A stretch of DNA of 23,071 nt from Candidatus Hydrogenedentota bacterium (GTDB lineage: Bacteria; Hydrogenedentota; Hydrogenedentia; Hydrogenedentales; SLHB01), in assembly GCA_045863335.1 (NCBI GenBank), contig BTVY01000070.1, positions 1 through 23,071 of the forward strand. Reading direction: 5' to 3'. The notes below the pieces were generated by a model. It was not told the origin of the DNA, ran no database searches, and saw nothing but the letters and a program-made list of their open reading frames with translations. Both the position numbers and the translations under genes were made by a program. Position 1 is the first letter of the stretch, and every line of letters starts with the position of its first letter. Below are positions 1 through 8,228 of this stretch, piece by piece.

Positions 1-3
1 AGA

Positions 4-55
4 TGAATACCTTTCAAGAACAATAAGTTGCCTTAATTATGATGCAATGCACTAG
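4..55 (-). repeat. Left copy of 52-bp AT-rich terminal inverted repeat (probable end of an IS/MITE-like element inserted at CTAG)
   Basis: tgaatacctttcaagaacaataagttgccttaattatgatgcaatgcactag is the exact reverse complement of 23020..23071. It is 17/52 G+C in a GC-rich window. The inner CTAG supplies the TAG stop of the 52..1101 gene. Confidence 0.95.
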
Positions 56-1101
56 TATTTCTTACCCATCAAATGACAAAGAATATACCGATCCAACTCT
101 TCGTAGTCGCGGGCCTTGATCAGTTCGGCCTCGAGATCCGTATTGAGCGATGTGACCTTATCCAGAAGGTAGAGGAACGTCTGCTTGCTGTTTGAGATGT
201 GCTTCGTGCCGACCGCTTTCTTCTGAGTGCGCATGGCCTTCACGTCCAGGCCCACCCATTCGCCGTTGCGGCCGTACGCGTATTCTTCGAGCACGCGCAC
301 CTGGTTGAAGGCGCGGCGGAGATTGTACGATCCGAACGACTTGTCCTGATCGAACTTCATGTTGCCCTGATCGTTCAGATGAACGCTCCACAACTTGTCG
401 TGGGCGAGGGCGTAGGCCATGTCGTCCGACGGATCGAGACCGGCGAGCACCGAGTGCGCCGATTCGACGAGACACCCCACGCGCATGGGATCGTCGCTCA
501 TATAGCTGAGACCGACCGCATGGCCGATGGTCGAAATGATTGCGCTGTCCACGGGTTCGTTCGGCTTCGGCTCGATGAGAATGCGAATCTTCGGGTCGTA
601 CGCGAGAAAGGCATTGATGGCGTCGCGAATCTGCAACACTTGCTTGCGCGCGACTTTGCTCTCGCGAATGTATGTGCCTTCCCGTGCAAGCCAGATCACC
701 ATCGATGTCGTCCCCAGGATGTTCATGATGTCGATGGCTTGCTTCGTACGGTCGATGGCATAGGCCCGCAGACGCGCACTGTTGTTTGTGTAAGCGCCGT
801 CAATCGTCTCCGGCGCGAACCAGAGCCGCGGCGCCACAAACTCGGGCACCAAGCCTTCGCTGTCGAGCATCTTCTTGATCTTGGCTGCTTCTTTCGCGAC
901 CTGCGAGGCCGACTTGGTGTCGATATCGGGCACCACGTCGTCGTCGTGAAACTGCATGCCGTCGAAGCCGAGCTTCTTGGCCGTTTTCATCTTATTCTGA
1001 AGCGGGATTGGCTCCCGAACCGGTGGCCCAAACGGATCCGCTCCTTCGTCGATGTTCCACGGTCCGAAGGAAAACCGGTATTGTCCCTTGGGTTTCGCCA
1101 T
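52..1101 (-). CDS. xylA: Xylose isomerase family TIM-barrel sugar isomerase
   Basis: Motifs FGPW, FHDDD, WLAREG, IEPKPNEP, ESAH, FDQD and LDVK match class I xylose isomerase metal and substrate motifs. GGAGG RBS upstream. The substrate is not certain (see findings). Confidence 0.85.
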   Translation of the reverse strand: MAKPKGQYRFSFGPWNIDEGADPFGPPVREPIPLQNKMKTAKKLGFDGMQFHDDDVVPDIDTKSASQVAKEAAKIKKMLDSEGLVPEFVAPRLWFAPETIDGAYTNNSARLRAYAIDRTKQAIDIMNILGTTSMVIWLAREGTYIRESKVARKQVLQIRDAINAFLAYDPKIRILIEPKPNEPVDSAIISTIGHAVGLSYMSDDPMRVGCLVESAHSVLAGLDPSDDMAYALAHDKLWSVHLNDQGNMKFDQDKSFGSYNLRRAFNQVRVLEEYAYGRNGEWVGLDVKAMRTQKKAVGTKHISNSKQTFLYLLDKVTSLNTDLEAELIKARDYEELDRYILCHLMGKKY

Positions 1102-1230
1102 TAGTGAAAATCCTCCATCCGCCTAACCCCGGGGTCAATCGCGACCCACACATCCGGGTAGCATACGGACCGGCGGGCAAAAGATGCAAACGGTGCGTGG
1201 TTACCCACGAGAGTTCGACATCCGCCTCAG

Positions 1231-2430
1231 CTAGGGCTTCGAACCCATTCGTGTGCCCAGCAAATCCTCAATGTTCCCGTAATTCTTTAGCTTGACCAAC
1301 TCCGGATTGAATGGCGCGATGCCTCCGGCCGCTTCAATGTCGCCATCGATATAGTATTCGTTGTGGGGCTTAAACCCCGGCACCGTGAGTACATTCACAA
1401 ATACGTCGATACCCCGGTGCCCCGTGCCCGGCGGGATATGGACGAAGTCGCCCGGCTTGAGCGGGTGCTCCTCGTAGCACTTCAGGTTTCGTAGATCCGG
1501 ATAGGTGATCAGCGACGCTTGCCGTCCATGGGTGTCGAGTCCGTAGGCTGCCGGATCGAGCACGAGGTAGAATTCGTTTTGCGGACTGCTGCCCTCCAGC
1601 CCAAAAGGCGGATGAAAATGAGACGGCGAAGTCTCCCTGGCGATATTGACGACGTGGCTGTTGACGAAGTTGAGTCCGTCTTCTGAGTCGCCTGGCGCGC
1701 GCAGGTACCAGGTCAGCGGCAAACGCCGGAACGGTTCGAAATCAAAGTTGCATCCGCCCGCCGTATCCTTGAGATACCGTAACCGCATGACGGCGGGCAC
1801 GTGGCTCGTTTTGCATTCGGCATTCTCCAACGTGAGACACGATAGCGATCCGCGCACCTGAAGTTCGACTCCGGGAGCGACGATGAGTTGATCGCCTTCC
1901 ATGATGCGTTCCCAGGAATCTATCCGTTTTTGCGAATACCCTGAATCCATGCAGAGCGCGAACAAACCGCGCAATGCCTTTTCCACACCGGAATCGATCG
2001 ACCATGGCGCAGGCAGGTGTTCCAGTTTCCACAGGTCGTTCGCGCAATCGCCCACGTACGTTCCGTCCTGCCACCGGCTCAAGATAGCATCCACCGGAAC
2101 CTGGGCGGCTTCGACGACCGAATTGCGCCCTCCTTGGATTACCGCCAGGGTTTCCGCGAGATCGATGGGTATCGGTTCCGCTTCGTATTCGGAAGGTAAG
2201 GAACCGCCGTCGCCTTCTTTCGTGCGAAAACCTGCCGGCAGAAAGACCTGGCAATCCCCTTCATAGATCCAGAAGATCCTCATGCCGCCGCGATCGGGCC
2301 GCAGGGTGGTTGCCTCATCGCGCAGTTCAAAGCGCCCGAAATGCAGCGAGGGATAGTCTTCGGCGAACGAGCGGGCGAAGGAATCTACGGCGGCTGCGTC
2401 CGCCATCGGCATTACGCGAGCGTGGGGCAC
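1231..2430 (-). CDS. Cupin-domain protein (probable bicupin), function unknown
   Basis: C-terminal SHFH...NEFYLV and PGDFVHIPPGTGH match cupin motifs 1 and 2. Strong AGGAGGAGG RBS just upstream of the GTG at 2430. Confidence 0.75.
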   Translation of the reverse strand: MPHARVMPMADAAAVDSFARSFAEDYPSLHFGRFELRDEATTLRPDRGGMRIFWIYEGDCQVFLPAGFRTKEGDGGSLPSEYEAEPIPIDLAETLAVIQGGRNSVVEAAQVPVDAILSRWQDGTYVGDCANDLWKLEHLPAPWSIDSGVEKALRGLFALCMDSGYSQKRIDSWERIMEGDQLIVAPGVELQVRGSLSCLTLENAECKTSHVPAVMRLRYLKDTAGGCNFDFEPFRRLPLTWYLRAPGDSEDGLNFVNSHVVNIARETSPSHFHPPFGLEGSSPQNEFYLVLDPAAYGLDTHGRQASLITYPDLRNLKCYEEHPLKPGDFVHIPPGTGHRGIDVFVNVLTVPGFKPHNEYYIDGDIEAAGGIAPFNPELVKLKNYGNIEDLLGTRMGSKP

Positions 2431-2454
2431 GGGTTCGCCTCCTCCTATTGCGCC

Positions 2455-5172
2455 TCAGTCTCCGGTGTAACCCAACGCGCGCAGCTCTTCGACGACGTCT
2501 TCGGAGAGTGGTTTCGCCGCAGACCGCTTTGTCGCCGGTGGCACGTACCAGATCCGCAAGGCGGCGCCTTCCGTCGATACGGCCGGTTCGGGATACTCCG
2601 ACGCCGAAGGATCAAGGCCGATGCTGAACCGGGTGCCGGTCTGGACGGGCTGGTTGCCGACCGCCAGCGTGAACTCGGAATCCGCCGAGGCTGTCACGAT
2701 CAGCTTCGTGAGTGGATCAGTTGTACGCAGGATCAATTCATCGTCGCCGTCGCGGCCCATCTTGATCGCCACGGTGCGGCCTTTGAGAATCATGTTCTGC
2801 CGGTCCCGGCCTTTCACCATCACGGCCGTGTCGAGTGCGCTGTCCGCGGCAATCTCCAGGTCGCCTCGCCATTCCGGGTTCCTGGATGAGTACGCAAAAT
2901 GCCACCCTTCGGGATCCACCTGGTAAAACGCCTGCAAATCTTCTTCCAGCGCATTCAGCCCTTCCGGCCTGGCATCGTACTGATTCGACTTCTCCGCGCG
3001 ATCCGCGTGCATGTCGTACAATTCATACGTGTCGCCACGGGTGTTGTGGATGAATTTCCATTCGTCCGTACGGATCGCCTTTTGCTGGAGCCGTTGCACG
3101 TAGCCCTGCCCCAAAGGATCCTCCCGTTCTTCGATCAGGGCAAGCAGGTTCTGGCCGTCCACCGGCTGCGGCAGCGGCAAACCCAGTACCCCGAGCACGG
3201 TCGGGTACAGGTCCGTCTGTTGCACCACGTGCGGAAAACGCATTCCGCCATGCTTCCCACCGGGAAACCGGATGAGCAGCGGGATGTGCGCGCTCGGTTC
3301 GTACACGTTGCCGTGGCCGTAGCTGCCGTGCTCGCCAAATTCCTCGCCGTGGTCCGACGTCACAATGATCAGCGCGCGATCGTAGAGATCGAGCGACTTC
3401 AGCTTGTTGAAGAACTCGTGGATGTGGAAATCGACCATGCGAATGCAGTCGTCGTACAACGCGATGCAATAGGCCAGCTCGTCGTCCGTCAGCGTAACTT
3501 CACCCCGGTTCGCGGCCAACAGGAAATCTTCGCCGTCGACTTTGTCCCGGCCCTCGCGTTCAAAGCTAGGCGGAGAATCGAACTCCTTGGCGAAGTGGAG
3601 GAAACTGGGATCGTCCGGCCCGTAGGGCAAACCGTCATACTGCCGCGCCGGTTTCGAATGAACGTCGAAGTTGTGGAAGAAGAGGAATACGTTCGGGATC
3701 GGGTGGGTATCAAGCCAGCTTTCAAGTAGTGCCCGTGAATCATACACGGTACGGAACCGCCACTCGGGAACGTTGTACAGGTCGAAGCCGTGGGCAAACC
3801 CCCGCCACGGATAGAGCCAGAAACTGAACCCTGTGTAGCCGGCTGACTGATACCCCGCGTCGCGCAGGGCTTCCGCGAGGGTGACCGTCGATTCGGGCAG
3901 ATTGGCGTTCGCAGTTAACCCGTGGTTCTTGGGATACAGGCCGGTAAACATCGTCGCGTGGGACGGAAGGGTCCACGTTTCGTTGGAGATCGCGTTCTCG
4001 AACAGCACGGCTTCCTGTGCGAAGGCGTCCAGGTGTGGCGAGGTCTCGCGAAGATAGCCGTAACAGGACAAATGATCGACCCGCAGCGTGTCGCACACGA
4101 TCAGAACCACCGGCGTCGCGGCGGTCGCGCTCTGTTTGCTGTACACGACCGGGTTGCCCCAGAACGCGTAGTCCGCGTGGGACGACTCGCCCGGTTCGGT
4201 CCGGAGATTCAGGGTCACCTCCTGGCCTGCGTACTCCGACAGGTCCCGGTGGATCGGCAACCAGAAACGGTGCGCCTTGTCTTCGCCCGGCCGCAGGATT
4301 TCGTCCGTGAGATTGACCGTACCGGCGGGGGTTTCCATGTCGATGACAAAGCGCGATTCGCCGGCCCGGTTGTCCTGCCACGACCGCGGCAGCATTCCAA
4401 TGTGCAAGTCGAGGGCGCCATGCTCCGGCACGGTCAACGTCCAGGGTGGTTGCGACCCGTACAGCGCCTCGTGGGTCTGCGTATCCAGTGACACGCGCGG
4501 CGGGCCTTCCGGCGGCTCGTAGAGAAATCTGATCTCATGAACCTCCACGTTGGCCGGTCGATCGGAGGGGTAAAACGCGATGCTGCGGATCTGTCCCGTC
4601 CACGTTTCCGCGGAATACGGGTCCAGCGACATGCGGTAGGTGTGCAATTCGTTGTCCGGGAAAATGGGGGTGCCCACGCCGTCATTCCGTAGCACGGATG
4701 GTTCTAAGTCGCTGGACCAGCTCAGAATACACCGGGACCCCGCGTCGGCCCGCATCGTCACTTCGAGCACGTTGTAGTGACTTGCAGGAAAGGTCAGGTT
4801 GGTTTCGACGCTGCTGAACCGGTCTCCCGCCGCAACCCGAATGGACTCGCTGGTCTTCTCGATCATGGCATCCGTTGTGGACTTATCCACCTCGGCTCCA
4901 TTGCGGACCCCCAACATCACGCGAAGCGAATCAAGAGATACCACCAGCGGCTCGAATCGCGCGTCGCGACGCTTGGCGAAGGCGTCTTGGGTGAGCCGGT
5001 AGGTTTTGGCAGCGCCGTCGGGCGTGGTCAGGGGCTCGGCCACGATGGGCGTAGTGAGAGCCGGATCGTCGACGGTTTCCTTGGAGACCGGCCCGCGGTT
5101 GCACGAAGGCAGTACTGAAGCGAACGCAATCAAAGCGAGAAAACCGCAGACACGGTTGCGCCGGAGATTCAT
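2455..5172 (-). CDS. Sulfatase-like (alkaline phosphatase superfamily) lipoprotein with extra N- and C-terminal domains
   Basis: Motifs CDTLRVDH, WTLPSHATMFTGLYP, YDDCI, TSDHGEEFGEHG and LRALGY at the C-terminus. Start moved from 5301 to the ATG at 5172, which gives a signal peptide with a lipobox-like LPSC. Confidence 0.85.
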   Translation of the reverse strand: MNLRRNRVCGFLALIAFASVLPSCNRGPVSKETVDDPALTTPIVAEPLTTPDGAAKTYRLTQDAFAKRRDARFEPLVVSLDSLRVMLGVRNGAEVDKSTTDAMIEKTSESIRVAAGDRFSSVETNLTFPASHYNVLEVTMRADAGSRCILSWSSDLEPSVLRNDGVGTPIFPDNELHTYRMSLDPYSAETWTGQIRSIAFYPSDRPANVEVHEIRFLYEPPEGPPRVSLDTQTHEALYGSQPPWTLTVPEHGALDLHIGMLPRSWQDNRAGESRFVIDMETPAGTVNLTDEILRPGEDKAHRFWLPIHRDLSEYAGQEVTLNLRTEPGESSHADYAFWGNPVVYSKQSATAATPVVLIVCDTLRVDHLSCYGYLRETSPHLDAFAQEAVLFENAISNETWTLPSHATMFTGLYPKNHGLTANANLPESTVTLAEALRDAGYQSAGYTGFSFWLYPWRGFAHGFDLYNVPEWRFRTVYDSRALLESWLDTHPIPNVFLFFHNFDVHSKPARQYDGLPYGPDDPSFLHFAKEFDSPPSFEREGRDKVDGEDFLLAANRGEVTLTDDELAYCIALYDDCIRMVDFHIHEFFNKLKSLDLYDRALIIVTSDHGEEFGEHGSYGHGNVYEPSAHIPLLIRFPGGKHGGMRFPHVVQQTDLYPTVLGVLGLPLPQPVDGQNLLALIEEREDPLGQGYVQRLQQKAIRTDEWKFIHNTRGDTYELYDMHADRAEKSNQYDARPEGLNALEEDLQAFYQVDPEGWHFAYSSRNPEWRGDLEIAADSALDTAVMVKGRDRQNMILKGRTVAIKMGRDGDDELILRTTDPLTKLIVTASADSEFTLAVGNQPVQTGTRFSIGLDPSASEYPEPAVSTEGAALRIWYVPPATKRSAAKPLSEDVVEELRALGYTGD

Positions 5173-5358
5173 CGGTGTGGGTGTACCTCGTGTTGGTGAA
5201 ATCCGGAACGGTTCCGGAGGCAGATAGGCCGCTCCCGCCGGGGGACCGAAACCGTTGCCGCACATTATCCCAGCCCCAAAGAGACTGTCAAACAGGTACA
5301 CCGACCCGCACAGACAGACACGGACTCACGCGGACGCCGACTTGCCGGTGTGATCTCC

Positions 5359-7098
5359 TCATTCCGGCGGATGCTCAGGACAGGCCTGGAATATCCGCAT
5401 CGTTTCTTCGGCCAATACCCGCGCGTCCTGTTTGCGGCCCAGTTCTACCAGCATCTCGCAAAGCCGGTCCCGGACCCCCGGGTCCATGGGCATGTCAGGA
5501 AGCGCGGTTTGGAGTGTATCGACCGCTTCGGAGCGGCGCCCCTGCGCCCATTGGATTTCCGCCAGAAGCGCATGACCGCCCATGTTGAGAGGGTCCAAAT
5601 CCACGGCTTTTCGCAGGTGTTCTTCCGCAAGAACAGGCTCGCCACGCCGGGCCAGGATGACCGCCATACGGATGTGTGCTTCTGCGCGAAGCATGGCTGC
5701 ATCCGCATGCTTTTCCGCCACCGCGCGGTGCCATCGAATGTAGAATGGGCTGGATACAGACCCCACAAGCGACGGCGCGCCTTCCATACCCTCCGCAAGC
5801 AGGGCGAGATTCAGGTAGTCGGCCTCCTGGGATTCCATACCCCAGGAACGAAAGACGGTCGCGGCGTTGAGCGCATAGACCGCCGAGTCCGGCGCCAGCC
5901 GGTGCGCCTGCACGAACGCTTTGAGGCAACGGGATTTGCGCTGCTCTTCGCCTTCCGCCTCCACGTACGGATTGACCAGATGCTGGCCGAGCGAGGACCA
6001 CACCCGAGGGTCGTCCGGAAGTTCCCGCAACAATCGGGGCAGCATCTCCGCTTCCATGGTGCGGTAAACGGACCACTGGGAGAACCCGTACATCAGGAAA
6101 TCCTGATACAGCCGCTCCGTGGCAGGCAGCGACCGGAAACGCCGGCCGCTTCGGGGCAGTTCCAGCACGCGGTCAATCAACGCGTCGAACCGGCGCTCGC
6201 CGGCATACCCCTGGACCTTCTCCCTGCCCCGCTCGGCGATCGTCCGGGCTTCGTCCGGATGTTGAAGGAAGTGTTCGAGCCGGACTTCAAAGTTCTCCGT
6301 GTTGTACAGGACCAGATCGCGGTCCACGTCGAACCAGCGCCGCACCTCCAGGTTGGATTCCTCCAGGAACGCCAGCGATCCACAGGCCATTGTTTCGAAT
6401 ACCCGGAGGTTCAGTTCGCCACGGATCGAGTGGTTGAACACAATGTGGGCGCGGCTCAGCAGACGGCCGTACGCCTCGCCTTGAACGTCGGTAGCGATGA
6501 CAACGCGGTACCGATCCGATAGTTTGGCCAGGCGCTCGAGGTAACGCGCCCGGATGGGATGCGAACCGTGGTTCAAATTGCCGACGAAGACGACATCGAT
6601 ATCCTTGGGGCGATCGTAGGGCCGGTGAATGGGCGTAATCTGCGAGTACAACGGGAAGAGGTGGACTGGAGAGACGAGATCGCTCTCCAAGGTGTACGTG
6701 CCGGGGGTGTCGCACAGCACCACGTCATACCGTGCCAGGTTGACCTGGAGGATGGAGTAAAAGACGTTCCAGTCGGACACGAGGGCCACGGTGGGGATCG
6801 GCGATTCCTCGACAAACCTCGGCGGCGGATGAATCTCCGGCATCCAGCACAACAATATATCCGGCTGCCACGCGCGCCCGATTCGCTCCAACACTTCCGG
6901 CGTCGACTCGGTCAGCGGATTGTAGCGATAGCGCGCTTCCGGGAAGTTGCCCAACGTTCGGATAACATGCTTCCCCTCATAACATTCGACTGGGGCGTAG
7001 GAGCAAAAAAACGGGGTGCCGTGTGTAAGTACGTTCATCAATTGACTTTCGTATCCAATCAGACACCCCGTACCCAAAAAGGAAGCGTGGATTACCAT
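5359..7098 (-). CDS. Glycosyltransferase (CgeB/YkvP-like GT-B) with C-terminal TPR-like repeats
   Basis: DIDVVFVGN, R..L..L, NLRVFETMACG and ARTIAERGR are typical of CgeB-like GTs. C-terminal helical repeats include AEEHLRKAVDLDP and EAVDTLQTAL. The start may instead be the ATG at 7038. Confidence 0.8.
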   Translation of the reverse strand: MVIHASFLGTGCLIGYESQLMNVLTHGTPFFCSYAPVECYEGKHVIRTLGNFPEARYRYNPLTESTPEVLERIGRAWQPDILLCWMPEIHPPPRFVEESPIPTVALVSDWNVFYSILQVNLARYDVVLCDTPGTYTLESDLVSPVHLFPLYSQITPIHRPYDRPKDIDVVFVGNLNHGSHPIRARYLERLAKLSDRYRVVIATDVQGEAYGRLLSRAHIVFNHSIRGELNLRVFETMACGSLAFLEESNLEVRRWFDVDRDLVLYNTENFEVRLEHFLQHPDEARTIAERGREKVQGYAGERRFDALIDRVLELPRSGRRFRSLPATERLYQDFLMYGFSQWSVYRTMEAEMLPRLLRELPDDPRVWSSLGQHLVNPYVEAEGEEQRKSRCLKAFVQAHRLAPDSAVYALNAATVFRSWGMESQEADYLNLALLAEGMEGAPSLVGSVSSPFYIRWHRAVAEKHADAAMLRAEAHIRMAVILARRGEPVLAEEHLRKAVDLDPLNMGGHALLAEIQWAQGRRSEAVDTLQTALPDMPMDPGVRDRLCEMLVELGRKQDARVLAEETMRIFQACPEHPPE

Positions 7099-7150
7099 CC
7101 TGCTCCCGCGACCTTCGTGTCTACCATCAAGCGATATCGACCGATTATGA

Positions 7151-7179
7151 TTGACAGGTTTCGGGAATTATTCTATAGT
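7151..7179 (+). promoter_or_regulatory. Sigma70-type promoter for the HDOD gene
   Basis: TTGACA (7151-7156), a 17-bp spacer, then TATAGT (7174-7179), in an AT-rich divergent intergenic region. Confidence 0.75.
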
Positions 7180-7241
7180 TTATTAGCTAGCTTGCGGAAG
7201 CACCAGCGCTGACCGGGACGCAACAAAACATCGGGGAGTCA

Positions 7242-8126
7242 ATGGAGTCCATGGCACAGGGCTGCGTAACGGATGTCCGCGAGCGGGTCAACGCGCTTGA
7301 CGAAATCTCCACCCTTCCGTCCACTCTCGTTCGCATCTTGTCCGTCGTTCAAGATGAATCAACCACGGCCCTCGATCTTGCGGCGGAAATCACCACAGAT
7401 CCAGCCCTGACGATGAAGATCCTCGGCACCGTGAACTCAAGTTACTACGGTTTTCACCGGCAGATTGCAAGCATCCCCGATGCCGTTGTTATCCTGGGGT
7501 TCGACGAGGTGGAACGGCTTGCGCTCGCCATCTCGGTGATTAACCTGTTTGGACGCGACCGGGAAAGCTCGCGCGCGCTCCATATGCTCTGGCGGCACAG
7601 TCTCGCCGTTTCTGTGGTCGCGGGTTGCCTGGAGACCCACTACCGATCCCATATTCCCGCCATCTCCGGCGCGCACATTGCGGGCCTGCTTCACGATGTA
7701 GGAAAAGCGGTTATTACCCAGTACTTCCCCGAGGCGGTAACGCCGATTTCGCGGCTCGTACAGGAGGACAACGTGTCCGTGTGCGATGCCGAGCGCGAGA
7801 TTCTGGATGGGTATTGCCATTCGGACATTGGGTCGTGGCTCGCCGAACGCTGGGAACTGCCGGAAGAACTGGTGGAAAGCATTGCCAACCACCACACGCC
7901 GGAATCGGTCGCTCCGGAACGGATCCTGACCTATACGACCCATCTGGCGGACTGCGTCTGCAACCGCGTGGGTATTCGCGCCATCAACGCCGAAACCGAC
8001 TATGAAGTTTCGCCGGTTGTCGCAAGGCATCTCTCGGTCGATGCATCGGTCATCAGCGGGATTGAGACCCGTCTCGACAAGCAGCGCGGATTGATCGGGG
8101 CCATGGCCGCGGGCGGCGCCTGCTGA
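7242..8126 (+). CDS. Stand-alone HDOD domain protein
   Basis: TLP, DPALTMKIL, NSSYYG, AVVILG, LWRHS, AGLLHDVGK, H..IG..LAERW.LP and I.NHH are the HDOD signature. GGGGAG RBS. Confidence 0.92.
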   Translation: MESMAQGCVTDVRERVNALDEISTLPSTLVRILSVVQDESTTALDLAAEITTDPALTMKILGTVNSSYYGFHRQIASIPDAVVILGFDEVERLALAISVINLFGRDRESSRALHMLWRHSLAVSVVAGCLETHYRSHIPAISGAHIAGLLHDVGKAVITQYFPEAVTPISRLVQEDNVSVCDAEREILDGYCHSDIGSWLAERWELPEELVESIANHHTPESVAPERILTYTTHLADCVCNRVGIRAINAETDYEVSPVVARHLSVDASVISGIETRLDKQRGLIGAMAAGGAC

Positions 8127-8228
8127 GTCTGCCCGAACCCGCAAGTCCGCGCCCTTCCACAACTTTCGTATTTCGAGCCAAGGATCTCATTCGATTTTGA
8201 TTGGCGGGTGAGGTAATTTGGACTCGGT

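Noticed and set aside
5173-5301. N-terminal extension of the sulfatase-like ORF
   Set aside because: The signal peptide and lipobox only make sense from the ATG at 5172.
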